DNA from: Acidobacteriota bacterium
Lineage (GTDB): Bacteria > Acidobacteriota > Vicinamibacteria > Vicinamibacterales > 2-12-FULL-66-21
Assembly (NCBI GenBank): GCA_031361295.1
Contig: JANMCN010000276.1
Location: 771 to 64,770, forward strand
Length of the DNA stretch: 64,000 nucleotides
Direction: 5' to 3'
Shown here: positions 35,632 through 44,442 of the stretch, one piece after another
How positions within the stretch are numbered: the first letter of the stretch is position 1
Layout: every line of letters starts with the position of its first letter
Notes under the pieces: model-generated
Database searches by the model: none
The model's input: the letters and a program-made list of their open reading frames with translations, nothing else
What the model was told of the DNA's origin: nothing
Translations under genes and position numbers: made by a program

Positions 35632-36735
35632 ATGCCGACGCTCTGTCTGTCGCTCCACGCCGGCTATGGGTGCCGACACACAGGGAGCTGCTGCCGCACG
35701 TGGACGGTTCCGGCGGAGCCGCAGATCGTGGAGCTCGTCACGGCCGGCTCCGTAGTGTCCCGGGCCGCCGGATCGCTGTTCGTCAGGGCCGGTCCCGCCG
35801 ACGCCGCCGCGCCGTGGACCATCGCGCGCGACCACAGCGGACGCTGTGTGTTCTTCGATCGCGATGGACGCCGGCTCTGCGCCATTCACGAGGCCGCCGG
35901 TGCCCGCGCGCTCCCCTCGGCGTGCCGTCACTTTCCGCGGGTCGTGCTGCGCGACGGCCGGGGCACCTTGATGTCCCTCTCGCACTTCTGTCCGACGGCA
36001 GCCGCGCTGTTGTGCGAGCCAAATGCCTCGGCCATCGTCGAAGCCGGGGATAACCTGCGACTCGAAGAGCCCGTCGAGGGACTGGACGCCAGGCGTGCCC
36101 TGCCACCGCTCGTGAGGCCAGGACTCCTCAGCGACCTCGAAGGCTACGACGCCTGGGAGCGCGCCTGCGTCGCCGTCCTCGCGCGGACTGATCTGACGTG
36201 GGAGCGGGCACTCGATCTGGTGGCGGCGGGCACGGAACAAGTCCGGCGGTGGCAGCCGGGCACGTGCCCGCTCGCCGCTGTCGTCGCGACCGCATTCGCC
36301 TCGGCGCGTCACGCGGACGGCGTGGACCCGCACGCGCAGCGCCGCACGATGAAGACGCTCCGCCTGCTCGCCGGGTCGCGCGCGTCGGACGCCCTGGCGG
36401 AGATCGACGGGTTCGAGGCGTACTGGTCGAAGCTGGTCAGCCCGCGGTCCGGCTGCTGGGACTCCGCGATGCGGAATTACCTGGCGGCTCGGGTCTTCGG
36501 GAACTGGATCGCGTACCAGGGGCGCGGACTGCGGTCCATCGTGGAATGGTTGCGGACCTGTGCAGCCGCCGTGCGCCAGGACGCCGTGCGGCGCGCGCGT
36601 GCGCGCCAGTCGATCACCACGCGGCAGGAATTCCTCGAGAGCTTCCGGGCGGCGGACCTGCTCCTCCTGCACGGCATCGATACCCAGGCGTTCGCACGAC
36701 AGGTGATGGCGCTCGAAGGCCCGGACCCGCGATGA
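35632..36735 (+). CDS. Cys-cluster (CxxCxxCC/YkgJ-type) protein, FliB-like long form
   Basis: The N-terminus is 'CRHTGSCCRTWTV'. 'GRCVFFDRDGRRLCAIHEAAG...LPSACRHFPRV' follows. At 367 aa it is far longer than YkgJ and similar in size to lysine-N-methylase FliB. The stop overlaps the pepT ATG (ATGA). Confidence 0.6.
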   Translation: MPTLCLSLHAGYGCRHTGSCCRTWTVPAEPQIVELVTAGSVVSRAAGSLFVRAGPADAAAPWTIARDHSGRCVFFDRDGRRLCAIHEAAGARALPSACRHFPRVVLRDGRGTLMSLSHFCPTAAALLCEPNASAIVEAGDNLRLEEPVEGLDARRALPPLVRPGLLSDLEGYDAWERACVAVLARTDLTWERALDLVAAGTEQVRRWQPGTCPLAAVVATAFASARHADGVDPHAQRRTMKTLRLLAGSRASDALAEIDGFEAYWSKLVSPRSGCWDSAMRNYLAARVFGNWIAYQGRGLRSIVEWLRTCAAAVRQDAVRRARARQSITTRQEFLESFRAADLLLLHGIDTQAFARQVMALEGPDPR

Positions 36736-37964
36736 AGACGTCCGCGCTCGCGCGCTTCCTTCGATACGTCACGATCGACACGCGATCCGATGAACACTCC
36801 GCCACCACCCCGAGCACGCCGGGCCAGTGGACGCTGCTCCGCCTGCTCGCTGAGGAACTCGCGGACATCGGACTCACCGACGTGTCCCTCGACGGATTCG
36901 GGTACGTGATGGCGACGATTCCCGCAACCACTTCGAAGGTTGCTGTTCCGTCGATCGGCTTCATCGCGCACGTGGACACGTCACCCGAGATGCCGGGCCA
37001 TGGGGTCAGGCCGCTGGTACACCCGCAATATGACGGAGGGGACCTGGCTCTCCCCGACGATCCCACGGTGGTCCTGCGGGCGGCGGACAACCCAGCCCTG
37101 CGCGGCCAGATAGGAAACGACATCGTGACGGCCTCCGGGCTGACCCTCCTCGGCGCCGATGACAAGGCGGGGGTCGCGGAAATTGTCGCCGCCGCCGAGC
37201 ATCTCGTCCAGCACCCCGGGATTCCCCACGGCGTCATCCGGATTGCCTTCACCCCGGACGAGGAGATCGGACGCGGCGCAGATCACTTCGACGTCGCGCG
37301 GTTCGGCGCGGCGTGCGCCTATACGCTCGATGGCGGCGGCCTCGGGGAACTCGAGTACGAGAGTTTTTCCGCGGACGCCGTGACGGTCACGTTCAAGGGC
37401 TTCAATACACATCCGGGCTATGCGAAGGGCCGGATGGTCAACGCGATCCGGGTCGCGGCGGACTTCATCGCGCGGCTGCCGAGGACCGAACTGTCGCCGG
37501 AGACGACCGAAGGGTACGAGGGGTACCTGCACCCGTATCAAGTGCAGGCCGCGGCGGAGCGGACCAGCGTCAAGGTGCTGCTGCGGGATTTCGCAACGGC
37601 GGCGCTCCTCGACAAGGCACGGCTCGTCGAGCAGCTCGCCCGTGATGTCGTCGCTGCGCATCCCGGCTCCTCATTCACCGCCGTCGTCGAGGAGTCCTAC
37701 CGGAACATGCGGGCAGTGCTCGAGCATCACCCGCAGGTCGTCGAGCACGCGCGCGACGCCATTCGCCGCGCCGGCCTCGATCCTGTCGAGCGGCCGATCC
37801 GCGGAGGCACGGACGGATCGCGCCTGTCGTTCATGGGGCTGCCAACGCCGAACCTGTTTGCCGGCGAGCACAACTTCCATTCGCGACTCGAATGGGTGTC
37901 CGCCCAAGACATGGACAAGGCGGTCGAGGTGATCGTGCGGCTCTGCGAGCGCTGGGCCGAGTAG
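36732..37964 (+). CDS. pepT: peptidase T (tripeptide aminopeptidase, M20B)
   Basis: 'RFLRYVTIDTRSDE', 'IGFIAHVDTSPE', 'GADDKAGVAEI', 'AFTPDEEIGRGA' and 'IRGGTDGSRLSFMGLPTPNLFAG' are present. ATG 36732 is used. The 588-aa ORF in the track is an over-extension. Confidence 0.92.
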   Translation: MKTSALARFLRYVTIDTRSDEHSATTPSTPGQWTLLRLLAEELADIGLTDVSLDGFGYVMATIPATTSKVAVPSIGFIAHVDTSPEMPGHGVRPLVHPQYDGGDLALPDDPTVVLRAADNPALRGQIGNDIVTASGLTLLGADDKAGVAEIVAAAEHLVQHPGIPHGVIRIAFTPDEEIGRGADHFDVARFGAACAYTLDGGGLGELEYESFSADAVTVTFKGFNTHPGYAKGRMVNAIRVAADFIARLPRTELSPETTEGYEGYLHPYQVQAAAERTSVKVLLRDFATAALLDKARLVEQLARDVVAAHPGSSFTAVVEESYRNMRAVLEHHPQVVEHARDAIRRAGLDPVERPIRGGTDGSRLSFMGLPTPNLFAGEHNFHSRLEWVSAQDMDKAVEVIVRLCERWAE

Positions 37965-37989
37965 GAGGCCGGTTTTTTCGCAACGGCTG

Positions 37990-38742
37990 TCAGCCGATGT
38001 CGAACTCCGCGATGACCGGGGCATGATCGCTCGTCCCGAACTCCCGTTGCACCGCGCACGTGCGTACCCGGTCGAAGAGAGCCTGGCTCGCCAGGAAGTA
38101 ATCGAGCCTCCACCCGATATTGCGCTGCCGCATGTTGCGCCACGGAGCCCACCAGGTGAACATCTCGTCGTTGTCCGGCTCGAGCGCCCGCCCGACATCA
38201 ACGACCCCGTGCGCGATAATCCGCTCGAGCTGCGCCCGCTCTTCGGGCAGCTGGCCGATCACGGACGGCTTGCGCTCCTTCGGATGCACGTCGCGCTCGG
38301 TTCTCGCGATGTTCAGGTCTCCACAGATGACGATCGGCTGCGCGTGGCGTGCCGCGTCCGCGGTGAACTGCTCGAGCGCGTCGAGGAACCGCACCTTCGC
38401 GGCGAAATCCTTGCCCCCGTTCGGCACGTAGACCGACACGGCCGTCAACTGCGGCAGGTGGACGAGCACGATCCGGTTCTCGTAGTCGAACGCCGGATGC
38501 GCGAACGCCGGCCGTTCCGCGGCCAGGCGCTTGCTGATGTGCAGGCCCACACCTGAGTAGCCTTTGCCCCCATGCCAGTAACACCAGTACCCTTCGAGCT
38601 CGCACAACCAGACCGGAAGCTGGTCGGCGGCCGCCTTGATTTCCTGCAGGCACACGATGTCGGGCTGCTCGCGTTCGAGCCAGTCTTGGAGCTCCGCCTG
38701 CCGTGCACGGATGCCGTTGACGTTCCACGTGGCGATCTTCAT
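37990..38742 (-). CDS. xth: exodeoxyribonuclease III
   Basis: 'MKIATWNVNGIRAR', 'DIVCLQEIK', 'ICGDLNIA', 'WRLDY' and 'SDHAPV' are present. Confidence 0.93.
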   Translation of the reverse strand: MKIATWNVNGIRARQAELQDWLEREQPDIVCLQEIKAAADQLPVWLCELEGYWCYWHGGKGYSGVGLHISKRLAAERPAFAHPAFDYENRIVLVHLPQLTAVSVYVPNGGKDFAAKVRFLDALEQFTADAARHAQPIVICGDLNIARTERDVHPKERKPSVIGQLPEERAQLERIIAHGVVDVGRALEPDNDEMFTWWAPWRNMRQRNIGWRLDYFLASQALFDRVRTCAVQREFGTSDHAPVIAEFDIG

Positions 38743-38858
38743 AAGACAGGGAAGATCTTATGCAACCTCCCGTCTAATCCGTGAGGCCGGAGTACAATCC
38801 GTCGCCGAAAGTGCCGCCGAATGGACGAGCTTTCGGGCCGTGCGTTTTTTCGAACGCG

Positions 38859-39068
38859 TCACTCTGGAAGTCGCGCGCGAGCGTGCGACTTGTCGGGTGT
38901 GGGCGCAGACGATGCGGGAAGTTGCTTCCCGTTCTGGTGAGCAGCGATCGTGCAGGCGTCCGACCTTGCGTCGAGAATGCCGACAACCTCGCCGTTGTAC
39001 GTTTCGTAAACGCCTGCCAGGCATCCACATGGCAGGATCTTGCTCGAAAGTCCACGAAGAATCTGCAT
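38859..39068 (-). CDS. small Cys/His-containing hypothetical protein (uncertain)
   Basis: 69-aa ORF reading 'MQILRGLSSKILPCGCLAGVYETYNGEVVGILDARSDACTIAAH'. It is the only plausible ORF in a 372-bp gap. GC3 is lower than in the neighbours, and the only SD-like element is a weak AAGAAG. Confidence 0.3.
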   Translation of the reverse strand: MQILRGLSSKILPCGCLAGVYETYNGEVVGILDARSDACTIAAHQNGKQLPASSAPTPDKSHARARLPE

Positions 39069-39081
39069 GACAGCTTCTTAG

Positions 39082-39103
39082 ACCCCGCCGAGGGGTGCGG
39101 GGT
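39082..39103. other. 7-bp GC hairpin in the divergent leader region
   Basis: ACCCCGC-cgaggggt-GCGGGGT. It lies 11 nt before ATG 39115 (+) and 13 nt before ATG 39068 (-). Confidence 0.4.
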
Positions 39104-39114
39104 TTAACGGACGA

Positions 39115-40191
39115 ATGAAGTTCGCGGACGTGCTGGTCTACATCGCAATGGCCGTCGGCGGCACCGCGGCGGTCGCGGTGTGTGTCCGCCTCACGTGGCA
39201 TGCGATTGGCCTGTACCGCATCCGGCGCGCGGGACCCCGTCGTCTCCGTGCCTCGCGGCACGTCATCTGGCGAGATCCCGGGGATGTGGCGGGGCTCGAC
39301 ATGACGACCGGACCAGGCGGCCCCGGCGGCGCACCCGTGGCGCCGTTCCGGTTCGTCGAGGAACACACGAGCGGATCGCAACCGTGCGTGTCGGTCACGG
39401 ATGCCCGTGGTCGCCTGTGGCGAGTCAAGTGGGGCAACGAGGTGCGGTCGGAGAACGTGGCGGTACGCCTCGCGTGGGCGTGCGGGTACTTTGCCGAGAC
39501 CACGTACTTCCTCGCGGCAGGCGAGATCGAAGGCGCGAAGGACCTGCAGCGCGCGCGTCACTGCATCAACGACGACTGCGCGTTTGCCGAGGCGAGGTTC
39601 GAGCTCGAGGACCCGGCCGTCCGCAAGATGTTCGAGGAACACAGCTGGGCCTGGAACGACAACCCCTTCGTCGGGACGCGCGAGCTGCACGGCCTCAAGG
39701 TCCTGGTGATGCTGCTCTCCAACTGGGATACGAAGGATCGGCGCGACGTGGCGCGCGGTTCGAATACCGCGATCTTCGAACACCGGGTGTCGGGGTGGCG
39801 CCACGAAGCGCTGTACCTGATTACCGACTGGGGGGGCTCCATGGGCCGCTGGGGCGCAAATATCGTCACGCGCGGCCGCTGGGATCCGGCGGGGTTCGAG
39901 GCGCAGACTCCCCAGTTCGTCGCCGGAGTGGACCAGGGTATCGTCACGTTCGGCTATTCGGGACAGCGGACGGACGACGTGGCGGGCGGGATTCGAACGA
40001 GCGACGTCGCGTGGCTATACCGATACCTGGGACGGATCAGCGACGGGCAGCTGCAGGCGATGCTCGGGGCAAGCGGCGCGGACGTCGAGGAGACCGGGAT
40101 GTTCGTCCGGTCGCTCCGGGACCGGATCTCGCAGCTCGGTCGGACGTGCGGCGCGAGCGAACGCGTGGAGACAACCGGCGCCGCGATTTGA
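39115..40191 (+). CDS. membrane-anchored hypothetical protein with protein-kinase-like motif series
   Basis: The N-terminal TM segment is 'VLVYIAMAVGGTAAVAVCV'. The ordered motifs are 'RLWRVKWG', 'SENVAVRLAWACGY', 'LLSNWDTKDRRDVARGSN' and 'LITDWGGSMG'. I recognise no named family. Confidence 0.6.
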   Translation: MKFADVLVYIAMAVGGTAAVAVCVRLTWHAIGLYRIRRAGPRRLRASRHVIWRDPGDVAGLDMTTGPGGPGGAPVAPFRFVEEHTSGSQPCVSVTDARGRLWRVKWGNEVRSENVAVRLAWACGYFAETTYFLAAGEIEGAKDLQRARHCINDDCAFAEARFELEDPAVRKMFEEHSWAWNDNPFVGTRELHGLKVLVMLLSNWDTKDRRDVARGSNTAIFEHRVSGWRHEALYLITDWGGSMGRWGANIVTRGRWDPAGFEAQTPQFVAGVDQGIVTFGYSGQRTDDVAGGIRTSDVAWLYRYLGRISDGQLQAMLGASGADVEETGMFVRSLRDRISQLGRTCGASERVETTGAAI

Positions 40192-40255
40192 CTGCCGCCC
40201 GCGGAAACGCGCAGCACGGAGGTGGGCGGACCGCGCTCCGACCGGGAGCGGTCGG

Positions 40256-40948
40256 TCAGTCGAAAGCGCCGCGCTCGATGTGATCCGCCAGGTCCGTGAG
40301 TGACTGGACGCGCGGGCAGTCCGCCTCGGGGTAGAGCCCGGCTTCATCGAGCAACACGGCGCGCAGGCCGGCCGCCCTGGCGCCAAGGACGTCCACGTTG
40401 TAGAGATCACCCACGTGGATCGTCGTTTCCCGTCTGGCGCGGCTGCGCGCAAGCGCGATTTCAAAGAACCGCGGGTCGGGCTTTTCGACCCCTTCCTCGT
40501 GCGAATCGAGGATGCAGTCGACGAGCCCCGTCAGAGCCAGCCGGTCGAACAGCACGCGAACCTTCCCGTTGGCGTTCGACACGACCGTCAGGTGCAGACC
40601 GCGCGCGCGCAGCCTCGCCAGCACGGGCACGACGTCCGCGGGCATCAGCTCCCAGAGATTCGACTCCTGGTGGTATGCATGCAGCTCGGCCAGGGCCGCG
40701 TCCGTCGCGGCGCCGACCGGCACTCCGGCGTGTTCGAGAATCAGGTTGAAGTAGATCCAGCCGCGGCTCGCATCGTTGGTGACCTTGATAGTCTCACCGA
40801 CATCGAGCGTGCGTTTGGCCGGCGCTTCGGCGCGGGCGAGCGCCGCCGGGTCGACACGAACCCCGTGTTTCGCGAGGCCCGCGCTGATCCGGGTCCAGTT
40901 CGGGAAGACGAGGACGCCACCCGCATCGAGGAAGATGGTTTCGAGCAC
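40256..40948 (-). CDS. HAD family hydrolase (subfamily IA, 'DxGGVL' type)
   Basis: GTG 40948 overlaps the glnS TAG by 1 nt. Motifs are 'IFLDAGGVLVFPN', 'VVSNANG' and 'HVGDLYNVDVLGARAAG'. Confidence 0.8.
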   Translation of the reverse strand: MLETIFLDAGGVLVFPNWTRISAGLAKHGVRVDPAALARAEAPAKRTLDVGETIKVTNDASRGWIYFNLILEHAGVPVGAATDAALAELHAYHQESNLWELMPADVVPVLARLRARGLHLTVVSNANGKVRVLFDRLALTGLVDCILDSHEEGVEKPDPRFFEIALARSRARRETTIHVGDLYNVDVLGARAAGLRAVLLDEAGLYPEADCPRVQSLTDLADHIERGAFD

Positions 40949-42660
40949 TACCCGGGCTGCTCGATCCGCCCCCACGCATCCTTGAGGGTCACGGTGCGAT
41001 TGAAGACGAGCCGCGCCGCCGTCGAATCGCGGTCCACGCAGAAGTACCCGAGCCGTTCGAACTGGTATCGCATGCCGGGCGCCGCGCCCGCGACGCTCGG
41101 CTCGACGCGGGCCTGCGCGATCACGTCGAGCGAGGCCGGGTTCAGGTCCGCCAGGAAATCGCCGGACGCTTCCGGCGATTCGCTGTTGAAGAGCCGGTCG
41201 TAGAGCCGCACCTCCACCTCGAGCGCGTGGGCAGCGGACACCCAGTGGAGCGTCGCCTTCACCTTGCGCCCGTCCTGCGCGTCGCCGCCCCGGGTGGCTG
41301 GATCGTACGTGCAGTGGAGCGCAGCGATCTCGCCCGACGCGTCCTTGACCACCCGCGTGCACGTCACGAAGTACGCGCCCCGCAGGCGGACTTCTCGGCC
41401 CGGCGCGAGGCGGAAGAATTTCTTCGGCGGATCCTCCCTGAAGTCGTCGCGCTCGATGTACAGCTCCCGCCCGAACGGCACGCTTCGCGTCCCCGCGGAG
41501 GCCTGATCCGGGTTGCTGGCGATCTCGAACGATTCCGACGCCCCTTCCGGGTAGTTGTCGATGATGACCCGCACGGGATTGAGCACGCCCATGACGCGCG
41601 GCGCGGTTCGATTCAGATCTTCACGGACGGCATGTTCGAGGAGCGCCACGTCGACGATGCTCTCGCGCTTCGCGACACCGATCCGATCGCAGAAGGCGCG
41701 GATCGCGTCTGGCGTATACCCGCGGCGCCGCATGCCGACGATCGTCGGCATCCTGGGATCGTCCCAGCCGGTGACGCGCGCCTCCTGCACCAGCTGGAGC
41801 AGCTTCCGTTTGCTCAGGACCGTGTACGTCAGGTTGAGGCGGGCGAATTCGATCTGCCGCGGCGTCGCCGGTACGGGGAGGTGGGCGATGAGCCAGTCGT
41901 ACAGCGGCCGATGGTCCTCGAACTCGAGCGTACAGAGCGAATGCGTCACGTGTTCGAGCGCGTCCGACGGCGGGTGCGCAAAGTCGTACATCGGGTAGAT
42001 GCACCACGTGTCGCCGGTCCGATAGTGATGCGCACGGCGGATCCTGTACAGGACGGGATCGCGCATGTTGATATTGGGCGCGGCCATGTCGATGCGCGCG
42101 CGCAGCACGTGGGCGCCGTCCTCGAACTCGCCGGCCCGCATGCGCGCGAACAGATCCAGGTTCTCCTCGACCGCGCGGCTGCGATAGGGGCTGTCGCTGC
42201 CGGGCTCCGTCAGCGTGCCACGGAGCTGGCGAATCTCGTCCGCTGTGAGGCTGTCGACGTACGCATGCCCGTTCGCGATGAGTTGGACGGCGTACTCGTA
42301 GAGCTTTTCGAAATAGTCGGAGGCGTACCTCGCCTCACCGCTCCACCGGAATCCCAGCCATCGCACGTCCTCGCTGATCGACCGGGCGTACTCGACGTCT
42401 TCCTTCGTGGGATTCGTATCGTCGAACCTCAGGTTGCAGGTGCCGCCGAACTCGCCCGCGACGCCGAAATTGAGGCAGATCGACTTGGCGTGCCCGATGT
42501 GCAGGTATCCGTTCGGCTCCGGCGGGAACCGCGTGGCGACGCGGCCGCCGTGCCGGCCGGCCCTGACGTCCTCGGCGACGGCCGCGCGGATGAAATCGAC
42601 ACCCGGGGCCGGGTCCCGTTCCGCCGCGCCGATCGCCGCATCAGGGCTGTTCGTGTCCAT
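40948..42660 (-). CDS. glnS: glutamine--tRNA ligase
   Basis: ATG 42660. '[18 protein letters not shown]' carries the HIGH motif and '[10 protein letters not shown]' carries the KMSKS-type motif. '[12 protein letters not shown]' and a C-terminal beta-barrel anticodon-binding domain are also present. Confidence 0.93.
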   Translation of the reverse strand: MDTNSPDAAIGAAERDPAPGVDFIRAAVAEDVRAGRHGGRVATRFPPEPNGYLHIGHAKSICLNFGVAGEFGGTCNLRFDDTNPTKEDVEYARSISEDVRWLGFRWSGEARYASDYFEKLYEYAVQLIANGHAYVDSLTADEIRQLRGTLTEPGSDSPYRSRAVEENLDLFARMRAGEFEDGAHVLRARIDMAAPNINMRDPVLYRIRRAHHYRTGDTWCIYPMYDFAHPPSDALEHVTHSLCTLEFEDHRPLYDWLIAHLPVPATPRQIEFARLNLTYTVLSKRKLLQLVQEARVTGWDDPRMPTIVGMRRRGYTPDAIRAFCDRIGVAKRESIVDVALLEHAVREDLNRTAPRVMGVLNPVRVIIDNYPEGASESFEIASNPDQASAGTRSVPFGRELYIERDDFREDPPKKFFRLAPGREVRLRGAYFVTCTRVVKDASGEIAALHCTYDPATRGGDAQDGRKVKATLHWVSAAHALEVEVRLYDRLFNSESPEASGDFLADLNPASLDVIAQARVEPSVAGAAPGMRYQFERLGYFCVDRDSTAARLVFNRTVTLKDAWGRIEQPG

Positions 42661-42675
42661 GGCTCGCAAACGATC

Positions 42676-42681
42676 ATTATA
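42676..42681 (-). promoter_or_regulatory. candidate -10 box (perfect TATAAT) for glnS
   Basis: The minus strand reads TATAAT, followed by 15 nt and then ATG 42660. There is no SD in between. Confidence 0.35.
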
Positions 42682-42791
42682 GCGGGGTGTCCGGATTTGA
42701 TCGGTTTCGACCAGTCCGGCTGGAGCGGCGTCGCCCCCCCCGGAGGCGGAACCCGCCCGAACCCGGGCCCCGAGTAACATGGGGCAGCACT

Positions 42792-43211
42792 ATGGGCTTC
42801 CGCTATTCGCGACGCGTGCAATTTGGGGACACCGACCTCGTCGGCATCGTCCACTTCAGCATGTTCTTCCGGTACATGGAAGAAGCCGAGCATGCGCTGT
42901 GGCGCGCCGCCGGACTGCCCGTCATCCGGGAGGCGGATGGGGCGGGGTGGCCGAGGGTGTCGGCCACGTTCGACTACAAGGCTCCGCTGCGATTCGAGGA
43001 CGAGTTCGAGGTGGACGTGGATCTCACCGACATCACGAGGCGGACGATCCGGTACGCCTTCACCCTTCGTCGCGACGGGACCGTCATCGGGAAAGGAACT
43101 CTCACGGCCGTGAGTGCGCGCAAGCGAAACGGCGGGCTCGAGGCGATCCCCGTCCCTGAGGACGTCGTCGCGCGCCTGCGGCGCGCCATCGAAACGGCCG
43201 CCCAGCCCTAG
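42792..43211 (+). CDS. acyl-CoA thioesterase, 4HBT/YbgC-FadM type hot-dog fold
   Basis: 139 aa beginning 'MGFRYSRRVQFGDTDLVGIVHFSMFFRYMEEAEHALW'. Confidence 0.82.
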   Translation: MGFRYSRRVQFGDTDLVGIVHFSMFFRYMEEAEHALWRAAGLPVIREADGAGWPRVSATFDYKAPLRFEDEFEVDVDLTDITRRTIRYAFTLRRDGTVIGKGTLTAVSARKRNGGLEAIPVPEDVVARLRRAIETAAQP

Positions 43212-43221
43212 ACGGCCAGGC

Positions 43222-44190
43222 TCAGTGCGCAGGCGACGCGGGATGCAGCTCCCGGGCGAACTCCTCGTACTGATCCACTGCGACGTAGTCCACGCCCGCC
43301 CGAACAGCTGCCGTCCAGCGCTCGCGTACCGCATCGAGCGACCCGAAGTTGTACGACGGCGACCACCCGCTGGACGTATCACCCGGAGTGAAGCCGTCGA
43401 GGGTATAAAACCGGATCCACAACCCGGCGGCGTGGGCCTCGCGGACCGCTGATCGGAGCCGCGCCTCGTCCTCGGCCGTCCAGGGACCTGCCTTGGGCTG
43501 TCCCTCCGGCTCAATCACCGACCACGGATTGTTCGACCAGCGCCGGTAGTTCGTCGGCGTCAACGAGGCGTTCGGTCCGGTCCGGTGGACGGCGCCGAAC
43601 ACCCGCAGCTTCCCTCCCACGGGCACCCGCTCGTAGAAGTCCCGCTCCTGTTCGTCCTGCTCACCTGTCAGGACGAGCACGGGCCCGGCCGTGATCGAGG
43701 GCAGGTCCCCCGCGGACGCCGTCCGCGGCGCAGTGCTCAGCCAGGCCTCGTACTCGCCCAGCAGCGCCCACACCGCCTCGTGATGTGCCGCCTCGTCTGA
43801 CTTGAAGTCGAGATTCAGCGTGATGAGCGGCCACTCGTCGCGACGGTTCTCACGCAGGGCCCGCTCGACCAGCGGACGGATCCGCTCGAAAAAGTAATCC
43901 CGCATGGCCGGTTCGTTTCCGGTGAACGGGGCGCCATGCGTCACCAGCGAGCGGCCCGTTCCGGTTCGGGGATCCACATACCACGCCAGATCCTGCTCGA
44001 TCGCCAGCGGCAGCCCGGTGCCGAGCGCCCGCTCGATGCGGTCCGGCCACTGCCCGTCGTACGGATAGCAGTTGTGCGCATCGAGCAGCACGCGCGTCCC
44101 CGGCTTGAGGGCATCCGCCACCGGAACGGCCCCCTGAAGGCTTGCGCCAAGCACAAGGCACGACCAGACCAGGACGGATCGACGAATCAT
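43222..44190 (-). CDS. secreted PLC-like phosphodiesterase (Ca-dependent PI-PLC-like fold, tentative)
   Basis: The signal peptide is 'VLVWSCLVLGASLQGA'. 'LLDAHNCYPYDGQWPDRIERALGTGLPLAIEQDLAW...LVTHG' resembles the HN-Y...AL..G..IE.D motif of PLC-like TIM barrels. Confidence 0.45.
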   Translation of the reverse strand: MIRRSVLVWSCLVLGASLQGAVPVADALKPGTRVLLDAHNCYPYDGQWPDRIERALGTGLPLAIEQDLAWYVDPRTGTGRSLVTHGAPFTGNEPAMRDYFFERIRPLVERALRENRRDEWPLITLNLDFKSDEAAHHEAVWALLGEYEAWLSTAPRTASAGDLPSITAGPVLVLTGEQDEQERDFYERVPVGGKLRVFGAVHRTGPNASLTPTNYRRWSNNPWSVIEPEGQPKAGPWTAEDEARLRSAVREAHAAGLWIRFYTLDGFTPGDTSSGWSPSYNFGSLDAVRERWTAAVRAGVDYVAVDQYEEFARELHPASPAH

Positions 44191-44273
44191 CCGGAGAGTC
44201 TATCCTCACCCTGGCGCGGGCAGGAAACGCGTAAGCCACGACCCTCATGGTCCCGTACGCGGCAGTGATGCGT

Positions 44274-44387
44274 TTACCAGCGCGGACCGCTGCAGCCGCG
44301 CATCAGCACCGTGAGCAGCAGCGTTCCCACAATCGAGACCGCCAGCGATCCGAGACACCCGAGCCGGCTGGAGAAGAGTCCGAACAT
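44274..44387 (-). CDS. candidate 37-aa hydrophobic micro-protein (below ORF-track cutoff)
   Basis: The product is MFGLFSSRLGCLGSLAVSIVGTLLLTVLMRGCSGPRW followed by TAA. 31 of 37 third positions are G or C, as in real genes here. It has one TM helix and lies 55 nt downstream of the cupin gene. There is no clear SD. Confidence 0.3.
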   Translation of the reverse strand: MFGLFSSRLGCLGSLAVSIVGTLLLTVLMRGCSGPRW

Positions 44388-44442
44388 GCACACCGTGGTG
44401 CATAGGCGCTGCCATGCGCCGCCTGAGCTGGATCGAGTGCCT

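Noticed and set aside
40238-40255. CCGACC-gggagc-GGTCGG hairpin between convergent genes as a terminator.
   Set aside because: It is a short 6-bp stem overlapping a stop codon, with competing alternative pairings and no U-tract. This is too weak to annotate.
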